From positions 1 through 64,000 of the IMG/VR virus record IMGVR_UViG_3300042308_001511: a DNA stretch of 64,000 nt; one strand, given 5' to 3'. Shown here in pieces: positions 47,766 to 55,393 of this stretch. The translations under genes and the position numbers were made by a program. Numbering within the stretch: the stretch's first letter is position 1; each line of letters begins with the position of its first letter. The notes beneath the pieces were generated by a model. It was not told the origin of the DNA. It made no database searches and worked only from the letters and a program-made list of their open reading frames with translations.

Positions 47766-48563
47766 CTATTTGACAAACATTCTAGGCATACCTTTCTCAC
47801 CCTCAGGTATGATTGCTAGAAACTCTTCCTCATCGTGTCCTCTCTGAAGACCAAATTCAACCGTATCATACATTACATTCACTGGACGATCATCGTCGTT
47901 CAGGAGTCTCCTTGCACGTGCCAGTTGTGTATCCGATGACTCTTTTGTGTAAGTCTTCACAACGAAGTAGTCGGTACCCAACTTTTTGTTGAATTTAGAC
48001 AACTCTTCCTCAACCCTAACCTTCAAATCCTTTATGTAGTCTTTGTCGAACGAGTAATCGAGTGAGAAGAACTTCAACCTTCCTTGTTGTATCAACACCG
48101 AACCGAATACCGGTTTGAGTTCTTTTTGTAAAACAGGATCTAAGTTTATCTCCTTTATAGGTCTAAAACGGTATGCTACACCAAGTCTTTTGAGTTCGTC
48201 TATATGTTTGTACTCGACGAAAGAATGTGCCCATACACCTCCGGTGAACATTGTTTGACCAGTACGTATAGCGTTCTTATTGAGGAAGTCTTCTGCTTCT
48301 TTTCTACCGGTCTCCATCTCGGTCGGTTTCCTGTAAAGTCTATATGGTTTGAGACTACCGTCACCTTCTTCTTTGTGAACAAAATAGTCGTCCTCTGAAA
48401 CCTCGTCGTATTTGTAGTCTGTTATGGACTTCCTGAGGTATTCCATCGCGTCTTCTTCACTAGCGAACCAACGACCGACAATGTATCTATTATCAAAAGG
48501 TGTCAGATCCATTTCGTCATACGTAAGTTTCTCAAAAAGTGTGTAGTTCAATAAGTGCTTCAT
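47766..48563 (-). CDS. Hypothetical protein with CTS-like N-terminus
   Basis: MKHLLNYTLFEK; TAATATATA at 48569-48577. Confidence 0.7.
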   Translation of the reverse strand: MKHLLNYTLFEKLTYDEMDLTPFDNRYIVGRWFASEEDAMEYLRKSITDYKYDEVSEDDYFVHKEEGDGSLKPYRLYRKPTEMETGRKEAEDFLNKNAIRTGQTMFTGGVWAHSFVEYKHIDELKRLGVAYRFRPIKEINLDPVLQKELKPVFGSVLIQQGRLKFFSLDYSFDKDYIKDLKVRVEEELSKFNKKLGTDYFVVKTYTKESSDTQLARARRLLNDDDRPVNVMYDTVEFGLQRGHDEEEFLAIIPEGEKGMPRMFVK

Positions 48564-48577
48564 ACCGTTATATATTA

Positions 48578-48603
48578 AAAAGAAAACGGGACTTTCGTCC
48601 CGT
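48578..48603 (-). terminator. Terminator of the Ro60 gene
   Basis: acgggac-gaaa-gtcccgt followed by TTTCTTTTT on the minus strand. Confidence 0.75.
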
Positions 48604-48607
48604 CTCT

Positions 48608-50050
48608 CTAAAGCTCGATTGCTTTGATCTCGTTGACAAGTGCGTTCCTGTCTGTCTTCAACAACTCCATAACATCAAAGACTTTTTCTGAGAATCCTGC
48701 CAAACAATATACCTGATTCTCCGGAAATTGCATTGTTGAATATCCTGCTAAATCCCAAGAGAACACGTGTGGGTTAGCACCAGTTTTCTTTTTCCACTCG
48801 TTGAACTGCTTGGTAGGTGTGTCGTAACCAATCCAACCTTGCATATCACTCAAAATTATGATATTATCATAGGACTTCTTCGCAGTTTTGAAGATGGAAG
48901 GGAAGTTTGTACCACCTCCGCTGAACCTGAACGAGTTTCTAATTGACATCACTGAGTCGAGTGGATTATAACTCATATAACGAGCAGACTCCGCGAAAGT
49001 CATTACATCACACGAGTTTACTTTTGCCAAAACCGCACCGAAAAGGCTAGCAATTTCAGATGGTTTACCCATCATAGATCCAGAAACGTCCATAACAACA
49101 AGACAGTTGTCTAGTTTAGGTACGTTCACAACGGATACCTCGAGTGCCTGGTTGATTGCCACGAGTACGTCCCTTACCTCCTTAGATCCACCAAGTCTCG
49201 AAATCTCGTCGTAAGCTGTTGCGAACCTAAATGGAAGTACCTTACTCTTAGAAATCAGTCTCGCATCAACTAACATCTCACATGCCGCAGTAACCGTATC
49301 TGGTGCTTGTTGGATAATGTTTCTGAGGTTTCTAAGAAGTGCGAAATATCCAATCTTCCTGGTTGATACAAGTTCTGCCCAGGCATCAGACTTCAACTGT
49401 TCGAGTTCCTCCGCATTTCCAGCAACCTGACCTGCCGCCGAAAGTTTTGCTTCCCATGTGTCGGTACTCTTCAACTTATCAGTGATAAGTAAAGAAAGTG
49501 CCTCTTTGTTCCTATCAGTAGGAATTGGATGCACGATGTTCACAACATCGACCAATTTGAAGTCTCTGTTCGACATTTTGTACTTTGCAATCTGGTAGTC
49601 ATCGAACTTGTCGAATGCAGCAGCGAACCCCTTTTTGATGGAGTTAGGAAACTTCACCTTACCTTTCCCGTTTTTAGAAAGGTAGTATGATAGGATCTCT
49701 GTCATATCGTCCGGTCTGGAAACAACCTTCTCATAGAAGGATTTACCCCACTCAGCACCAGAAACCAAAGGTGCAATTTCACCTGCCAATGCATGTGTAA
49801 TTGATCTCATTCCGAACCTATCTCTTGCATAAATCGCAGCTTTAGCCGCGAATACAGGATCGACTTTCGAAAGAAGTGACTTCACCTCGGACAATGTATC
49901 CGATGAACCACGATAGAACTGGTCACTAACGAACGACGTTAGTAATACAGAAGCGAGAGCTAACTCGTCTGATTGTTTGTAAGCCTTACCACCAGCTAGG
50001 TTTTCAGTAAGTGTTTTCGCCTTAGGCGACTTTGTGTTGAACTTTGCCAT
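48608..50050 (-). CDS. rsr: Ro60/TROVE-domain RNA-binding protein (Rsr-like) with C-terminal vWA domain
   Basis: NLAGGKAY, TWEAKLS, YFALLRNLRN, VLPFRF, vWA MIDAS DVSGSM, GGTNF, ILSDMQ, GFSEKVF; true start MAKFN at 50050. Confidence 0.92.
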   Translation of the reverse strand: MAKFNTKSPKAKTLTENLAGGKAYKQSDELALASVLLTSFVSDQFYRGSSDTLSEVKSLLSKVDPVFAAKAAIYARDRFGMRSITHALAGEIAPLVSGAEWGKSFYEKVVSRPDDMTEILSYYLSKNGKGKVKFPNSIKKGFAAAFDKFDDYQIAKYKMSNRDFKLVDVVNIVHPIPTDRNKEALSLLITDKLKSTDTWEAKLSAAGQVAGNAEELEQLKSDAWAELVSTRKIGYFALLRNLRNIIQQAPDTVTAACEMLVDARLISKSKVLPFRFATAYDEISRLGGSKEVRDVLVAINQALEVSVVNVPKLDNCLVVMDVSGSMMGKPSEIASLFGAVLAKVNSCDVMTFAESARYMSYNPLDSVMSIRNSFRFSGGGTNFPSIFKTAKKSYDNIIILSDMQGWIGYDTPTKQFNEWKKKTGANPHVFSWDLAGYSTMQFPENQVYCLAGFSEKVFDVMELLKTDRNALVNEIKAIEL

Positions 50051-50072
50051 ATATCTTATAAAAATTAGTATC

Positions 50073-50105
50073 AAAAAAAAGACCGATGTACATGTACATC
50101 GGTCT
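50073..50105 (-). terminator. Perfect 26-bp palindrome plus U-tract between the ncRNAs and the Ro ORF
   Basis: agaccgatgtacatgtacatcggtct (50080-50105) followed by a T-run on the minus strand. Confidence 0.85.
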
Positions 50106-50114
50106 AATAGGAAT

Positions 50115-50369
50115 GCAGACAAGAAAATTTAGCCTAAGCGATACAGAGAATTCTCCCGAAACTCTGCCGGTCATTAAGGTTTGACCTACCTGCCTTTCTT
50201 TTATCGGAAACAAGGCTTTTCCTATGAGCTTATCGTCCTCCAGACGGGCATTTTCACTAGTCCCGCGGTTCCTTTGACCCGGGCATTCGTGGCTTTGCTG
50301 CCGCTAAGCGTTTTCTCTTTATAGTTTAGAATTGTCTTACGAAGTATCTTAAACTATAGCTATGTCTGC
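50115..50369 (-). ncRNA. Long Y-RNA-like ncRNA (~255 nt) with a pseudoknotted internal domain
   Basis: Ends pair (GCAGACA/UGUCUGC; UAGUUUAAG/CUUAGGCUA); shares the UAG...UACUUCG...UxCU architecture with the neighbouring element; GC-rich hairpins inside; lies directly upstream of Ro60. Confidence 0.7.
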
Positions 50370-50380
50370 GTTCAATATCG

Positions 50381-50454
50381 ACCGAGTAAGTCGAGATAGG
50401 GTGTGTGTCAAATTATTTCAGAAAATCGAAGTAACCCTTTTCTCTCACTACGGC
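50381..50454 (-). ncRNA. Short Y-RNA-like ncRNA (~74 nt)
   Basis: GCCG-UAGU-GAGAGAAAAGGGU-UACUUCG...ACCCUAUCUC-GACUUACU-CGGU: terminal stem, internal loop and second stem, as in bacterial Ro-binding RNAs. Confidence 0.7.
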
Positions 50455-50496
50455 TATTGTCTTAGTTATTGTTATATATCCTCTTTTTTACTTTGT

Positions 50497-50805
50497 TTAA
50501 GAGTTTTGAGGATTTTTTATAGTTTTTATTTCAATTTTGTAAAAGGTACCTTTGCTTTTGTTTTTAGTAGTAGTCTCGTGACAGATTCTCTTTCTCACTG
50601 ACTCACCCTTCAATTTCAGTATTGTTATAGCCTTCTCAATCGACTCTTTGTCGTTGGTTGCGGTTTTTGTAGTTAGTTTGCCCCATCTGTAAGTAGGGAA
50701 TGATGGTTTTATAACGACCTTCATCTCTTGCTCTGATCTCGGTATTGCTTCCCAGATTTCTTGCGAGGTCATCGTTCTCCATACATACTTTACCTTTTCT
50801 TTCAT
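50497..50805 (-). CDS. Basic hypothetical protein (early, host-type promoter)
   Basis: Start MKEKVKY at 50805; TATATTTG at 50813-50820. Confidence 0.6.
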   Translation of the reverse strand: MKEKVKYVWRTMTSQEIWEAIPRSEQEMKVVIKPSFPTYRWGKLTTKTATNDKESIEKAITILKLKGESVRKRICHETTTKNKSKGTFYKIEIKTIKNPQNS

Positions 50806-50812
50806 CGTTCTA

Positions 50813-50840
50813 CAAATATAATAAAAAAAAGAGTGCCAAA
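50813..50840 (-). promoter_or_regulatory. Bacteroidota-type promoter (TTTG ... TATATTTG)
   Basis: TTTG at 50840-50837 and TAnnTTTG at 50820-50813 on the minus strand. Confidence 0.6.
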
Positions 50841-50869
50841 CGACACTCTTCATATATTTTTATGAATAT

Positions 50870-51517
50870 TTATTCGACGTTCTGTGGAACATCCACTTGT
50901 GCGTCTTTGAAACGGTACGTTATGTCAGTACGCTTTCTCCTGTTTTCCGGATCGTACTCAAAGACCTTTATATGTGGATACTTTTTCAAGTATTCCGAAA
51001 TTTTACTCTCTATCTCTAAAGCACGGTTTCTATTTGAATTTGACCGCTCTAGGTTTATTGACATTATATACCTACCGAGGTTTGGTATGTCCTGAAAGAT
51101 ACGTTCCTCGAACTCTGTCTCCAACACTGGATCAGTTGGTAGGTCAAGTCCGTGTTTTGTTCCTCTTTTCCCTGATTTCACTTCGTCGAAGTTGGACTTC
51201 GAGAAATTCCTGGTTTTATCCTGCTTAATGGCTGAACCAAGCTCGTCCGCTGGATAAGGTCTTATACCAGCACGCATAAGCTTGTCTGCATCCAACTCGA
51301 TAATCTCTGATATACCAGCACCGTCGTGTGAGAAGTCTATGTTCCTCGTAACTGATATGGACTTATTCTTTCCGTGTGTTACTCTGGTTGGCTTACCACA
51401 CCTCAAAAGGTCGCTATCCAGTATGGCAACGAACCTGGTGGTCAGGTGGTATAGAGGCTGTCTTGATCCTTCGAGATAAGACTCCTCGATAAACTCTACG
51501 AATGTTTGTATTTTCAT
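50870..51517 (-). CDS. Putative ADP-ribosyltransferase-fold virion protein with CTS
   Basis: MKIQTFVEFIEE; LYHLT, ISVTRN, EFEERI triad; TAATATATA at 51522-51530. Confidence 0.55.
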   Translation of the reverse strand: MKIQTFVEFIEESYLEGSRQPLYHLTTRFVAILDSDLLRCGKPTRVTHGKNKSISVTRNIDFSHDGAGISEIIELDADKLMRAGIRPYPADELGSAIKQDKTRNFSKSNFDEVKSGKRGTKHGLDLPTDPVLETEFEERIFQDIPNLGRYIMSINLERSNSNRNRALEIESKISEYLKKYPHIKVFEYDPENRRKRTDITYRFKDAQVDVPQNVE

Positions 51518-51540
51518 AAAATATATATTATATTTACTAA

Positions 51541-51741
51541 ATGGAAAAACAAATAAAATACGAGAGAGATTACGTCCAGTACCTCATAGAGAACAAAAAG
51601 TCGATTGACACCGAACTTCTCGATAAGTATTTCCTTAATGAGATTGAGTTCCAGGAACTAATCGATACGGTAGAATTAGATGATATACTTTCATTTCAAA
51701 GTTTTGTGAAATCTAAAAAGATAGATTCTTTATTGGGTTAA
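51541..51741 (+). CDS. Small hypothetical protein with C-terminal KSKKIDSLL motif
   Basis: 66-aa ORF followed by a terminator. Confidence 0.6.
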   Translation: MEKQIKYERDYVQYLIENKKSIDTELLDKYFLNEIEFQELIDTVELDDILSFQSFVKSKKIDSLLG

Positions 51742-51745
51742 AAAG

Positions 51746-51770
51746 AAAAAGACAGATTTATCTGTCTTTT
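51746..51770. terminator. Bidirectional terminator
   Basis: aaaaagacagat-tt-atctgtctttt. Confidence 0.75.
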
Positions 51771-51805
51771 CTTATTTATGTTATGTCCCTCAACCTACAC
51801 AGGTT

Positions 51806-54352
51806 TCAGGCACCACACGCCTCGCAATCGGACGGATTATCAAGTGAACACGAGATTTCGGCCATTTGTTCATCAACCGTTTTAGTCTCCTGAACCGTGA
51901 ACTTAACTGCATCGGATGCTGATTTGTTTCTAAGATAGTAGATACCAGTTTTTAGTGTATATCTCTTATCTCTGTAACACTTAGGATTTCCTTCCTCATC
52001 ATAAATGACTTGGATGTTATCACCCTGTGGGATAATTGCTTTACCATCCTCACCAATCATAAGATTTCTTCTTCCCCATCCATAAAAGTGCATAGCAGTA
52101 AGTTTAGCGAAGTTTGGTGAATCCATAAATATGTTCATCGATTGTGTCTGATCAATGAATGCACCTCTTTCTGCCGCCATCTCAATCACATCTCTCTGTT
52201 TGATTTCGTAAACAGTTTTGAAAATTTCTTTTAGATTCGTTGGTATTTCAGGAATATTCTGAACAGATCCGTTCTCTGTAATGATTTTCTTTCTTAGTGT
52301 CTCGTTCCATATTCCTAATTTCACAAGTTCTTTCACAAGGTATTTATTTACTAATATGAAAGTTCCAGAAAGAACACTTCTTGTATACATATTTGATGTC
52401 TGTGCTTCACAAGATGCTTCGTTTCCTAAGATAGATGCAGTGGATGCAGTTGGCATAATACATGTCGTAAGAGAGTTTCTAACACCATATTTCTTAACTT
52501 CTTCTCTTAGTTTTTCCCAATCCCATCTTTTACCTGGTTTTGTTCCCCAAAGGTCAAATTGAAACTTACCTTGTGAAATTGGAGATCCTTCGTAAGATGC
52601 ATAAGTTCCCTGAGTCTTAGCTAAATCACAAGAAGCTTTTATAGAAGCATAATAGATAGTTTCGAATATCTCTTTATTCAATTGTTTAGCATCATCTGAC
52701 TCATATGAAATACCCAAAGTGAAGAATACATCTGCAAGACCTTGTACTCCAAGTCCAACTGGTCTGTGACAAAGGTTTGAGAACTTAGCGGCCGGAGATG
52801 GATAATAGTTGACATCAATAACATTGTTCAAATTTACAATTGCATCGTAAGCAATATCATAAAGTTTGTTGAAATTGTAAGTTTTGTTTTTATTGATAAA
52901 CTTAGGTAGAGCAATTGATGCAAGGTTACAAACCGCAGTCTCATTCACTTCATTTTGTCCCCAGAACTCACCAAGATTCAAAGACTCTAATTTTGCTTTA
53001 TCCTTCAATATCTCTTTACCAAATTCAGTAACGCCTGTACATTCTACAATTTCAGCGCACAAATTAGACGATTTGATGTTTCCAATATTTGATTGGTTTG
53101 ACTTCTCATTGATAGCATCTTTATAAAGTAAATAAGGTGTACCTGTCTCAATTTGTGATTCGAGTATTTTGTTCCACACTTCTCTGGCTTTTACAACTTT
53201 TTTGTATTTACCTTCGGACTCATATTTGATGTATAGTTCAGCGAACTTTTCACCATAAGTATCATTTAGACCCGGACACTCATGTGGACACATTAGTGAC
53301 CAATCTGTATCAAGTTCTACTCTTTCCATAAAAAGGTCATTCATCCACATCGCTAAAAATAAATCCCTAGCTCTCAATTCCTCTTTACCTTGGTTCTTTC
53401 TAAGATCTAAGAAGTCCATTATGTCAGCATGCCATGGTTCCATATAGATTGCCATAGAACCTTTTCTTTTGCCACCACCTTGATCCACCGCACGTGCAGT
53501 CTCATTGTAGATTTTCAAGAAAGGAACAATACCGTTAGAAGTTCCATTTGTTCCAGCGATGTAAGTACCTGTTGCTCTAACTTTATTGAAAGCAATTCCA
53601 ATACCACCTGCATTCTTAGAAATAAGAGCAGCTTCTTTAAGAGTATCAAAGATACCTTCAATAGAATCACCTTGTGTATCGAGAAGGAAACAAGATGATA
53701 ACTGAGGTCTAGGTGTACCTGAGTTGAATAATGTTGGTGTTGCATGAGTGTAGTAACCCTCTGACAATTCGTTATAAGTCTTTACAACCTTTTCCATATT
53801 CTCACCCCAAATTTGAAGTGCGGTTCTCATATACATATATTGTGGTCTTTCTGCAACTCTTCCGTTTATTTTAAGAAGATAAGATTTTTCCAAAGTTTTG
53901 TATCCAAAGAAGTCAAAGTTATGGTCTCTTGAATGTACAATTGCAGAATCTAATTCATCTGCGTGTGTCTTAACTAAGTTTCTGAAATTGAGTGAAACTA
54001 TTGGAGAGTGTTTACCTGTTCTTGGGTCTACATATTTGTAGAGGTCATCAACTGTTTCTGAGAAACTTTTTTTGGTTTCTTTGTGCAATGCTGTTATCGC
54101 TAACCTTGCAGCAAGTACTGAATAGTCTGGATGTTTTGTAGCCAACGATGCTGCAGTTTCCATCGCAAGTTCATCGAGTATAGACGTTCTGATGTCTGGT
54201 GTTATACCCTCGATTACCTTTTGTGCTATTTCGAATGGAACGATCCACTTTTGGTCCAGACCATAAGTCTGTTGTGTGATTCGATCCACGATTTTGTTGA
54301 AGTTTACGGCTTCTTTTTTACCGTTTCTCTTCGTTACTTTTATCATGCTCAT
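51806..54352 (-). CDS. nrdA: Ribonucleotide reductase class Ia alpha subunit
   Basis: ATP cone (VTKRNG), HATPTLFN, LSSCFL, QGGGKRKG, SNLCAEI, MPTAST, YYLR, C-terminal CEAC. Confidence 0.97.
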   Translation of the reverse strand: MSMIKVTKRNGKKEAVNFNKIVDRITQQTYGLDQKWIVPFEIAQKVIEGITPDIRTSILDELAMETAASLATKHPDYSVLAARLAITALHKETKKSFSETVDDLYKYVDPRTGKHSPIVSLNFRNLVKTHADELDSAIVHSRDHNFDFFGYKTLEKSYLLKINGRVAERPQYMYMRTALQIWGENMEKVVKTYNELSEGYYTHATPTLFNSGTPRPQLSSCFLLDTQGDSIEGIFDTLKEAALISKNAGGIGIAFNKVRATGTYIAGTNGTSNGIVPFLKIYNETARAVDQGGGKRKGSMAIYMEPWHADIMDFLDLRKNQGKEELRARDLFLAMWMNDLFMERVELDTDWSLMCPHECPGLNDTYGEKFAELYIKYESEGKYKKVVKAREVWNKILESQIETGTPYLLYKDAINEKSNQSNIGNIKSSNLCAEIVECTGVTEFGKEILKDKAKLESLNLGEFWGQNEVNETAVCNLASIALPKFINKNKTYNFNKLYDIAYDAIVNLNNVIDVNYYPSPAAKFSNLCHRPVGLGVQGLADVFFTLGISYESDDAKQLNKEIFETIYYASIKASCDLAKTQGTYASYEGSPISQGKFQFDLWGTKPGKRWDWEKLREEVKKYGVRNSLTTCIMPTASTASILGNEASCEAQTSNMYTRSVLSGTFILVNKYLVKELVKLGIWNETLRKKIITENGSVQNIPEIPTNLKEIFKTVYEIKQRDVIEMAAERGAFIDQTQSMNIFMDSPNFAKLTAMHFYGWGRRNLMIGEDGKAIIPQGDNIQVIYDEEGNPKCYRDKRYTLKTGIYYLRNKSASDAVKFTVQETKTVDEQMAEISCSLDNPSDCEACGA

Positions 54353-54372
54353 ACTCTAATTTTTTTGTTGTT

Positions 54373-54381
54373 TATATATTA
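54373..54381 (-). promoter_or_regulatory. TAATATATA motif upstream of nrdA
   Basis: Exact motif about 20 nt upstream of the start. Confidence 0.55.
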
Positions 54382-54442
54382 GGCCGTTTTTTGGATTAAA
54401 ATATATTCAGTTGAAAATTTGTGATTTTTTACAGTTCTATGT

Positions 54443-55348
54443 TTATAAAAAATCGATGTTGTTAAGTTTATTCAGGTTATGTTTGAACTTTGTGTTATTT
54501 AGAATTTTGGTTATCTCACTTATGTGTATGAAGTATATTCTCTCGTAAGAATCAACTTTAAACTCACTGGTCTCATAATATGTTTCCAATACAACACCCG
54601 TTATTGAAACACAGTGACCCCAACCATCATCCTGTATGAATTCAATTTCGGTTCCTTCATAAATATTTCTATTCATAACTTCATTTGAGTTCTGGTTTTT
54701 ACCGATGTGTTCTTGTAGTTCATTTATTATCATATTTCTCCATTTGTTGTCTAAAAGTTTAAACATATTGAACAAATTATCTGAGAAATATACAGCAAGC
54801 TCATTGAATAATTCTACGTTTGTAAAACTTTCTTCTTCTAATTGAACTTTTAGAAGATTGTAATATGTGTTAAAGTCTGCTCTGGATGGTTTGCGTCTGT
54901 TATTCATAAAGTTTAGTTCTGTTTGTTCACAGAGTATTGTATAAACTTTTTCCTTAACTAACTTTGATCTAACATAGCTCTCATTATCTATTGATTCGAA
55001 GTAGTAATTTGATGATTTATCAACTTCTATAGACTCTTTATGATAGTATGCGAATCCGTCTAATTCGTCTTCATCCATAGGAGTTTCCTTCTTACCTTTA
55101 AATATTGAGTCATATTTAAGTGAGTGCTTACCCTCCATTTTGTGTTTTGATAAGACTATACTTTCATCATCTTCTGTAGGTGATTTTTCTTCGTCTTCAT
55201 CGAGATTCAAATCTTCGTCATCAATCTCTATCATTATGTCGAGGTTATCGTCATCATCTAAGATTTCGTCATCGTCTTCCTGTACGTCATCGTTGTTTTC
55301 TGGCAATTCTTCGTATAATTCTTCATCATCATTAACCCGTTTATTCAT
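54443..55348 (-). CDS. Hypothetical protein with highly acidic N-terminus
   Basis: 301-aa ORF between the helicase and nrdA. Confidence 0.7.
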   Translation of the reverse strand: MNKRVNDDEELYEELPENNDDVQEDDDEILDDDDNLDIMIEIDDEDLNLDEDEEKSPTEDDESIVLSKHKMEGKHSLKYDSIFKGKKETPMDEDELDGFAYYHKESIEVDKSSNYYFESIDNESYVRSKLVKEKVYTILCEQTELNFMNNRRKPSRADFNTYYNLLKVQLEEESFTNVELFNELAVYFSDNLFNMFKLLDNKWRNMIINELQEHIGKNQNSNEVMNRNIYEGTEIEFIQDDGWGHCVSITGVVLETYYETSEFKVDSYERIYFIHISEITKILNNTKFKHNLNKLNNIDFL

Positions 55349-55393
55349 AGAATTTTTATATTTTTTATTATATTTGTTATTTTTGATTTGGTT

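Noticed and set aside
50022-50213. 63-aa ORF and the 24-aa N-terminal extension of the Ro ORF (to 50122)
   Set aside because: They overlap the structured ncRNA and the terminator; Ro homology starts at MAKFN (50050).
50115-50454. tRNA gene or canonical tmRNA
   Set aside because: No T-loop GUUCGA, acceptor stem or CCA end; better explained as Y-RNA-like elements.
51806-54352. Intein or intron in nrdA (two short insertions, after SNLCAEI and before YYLR)
   Set aside because: The inserts are only about 25-40 aa, in frame, and lack intein (C...HN) or group I intron features.
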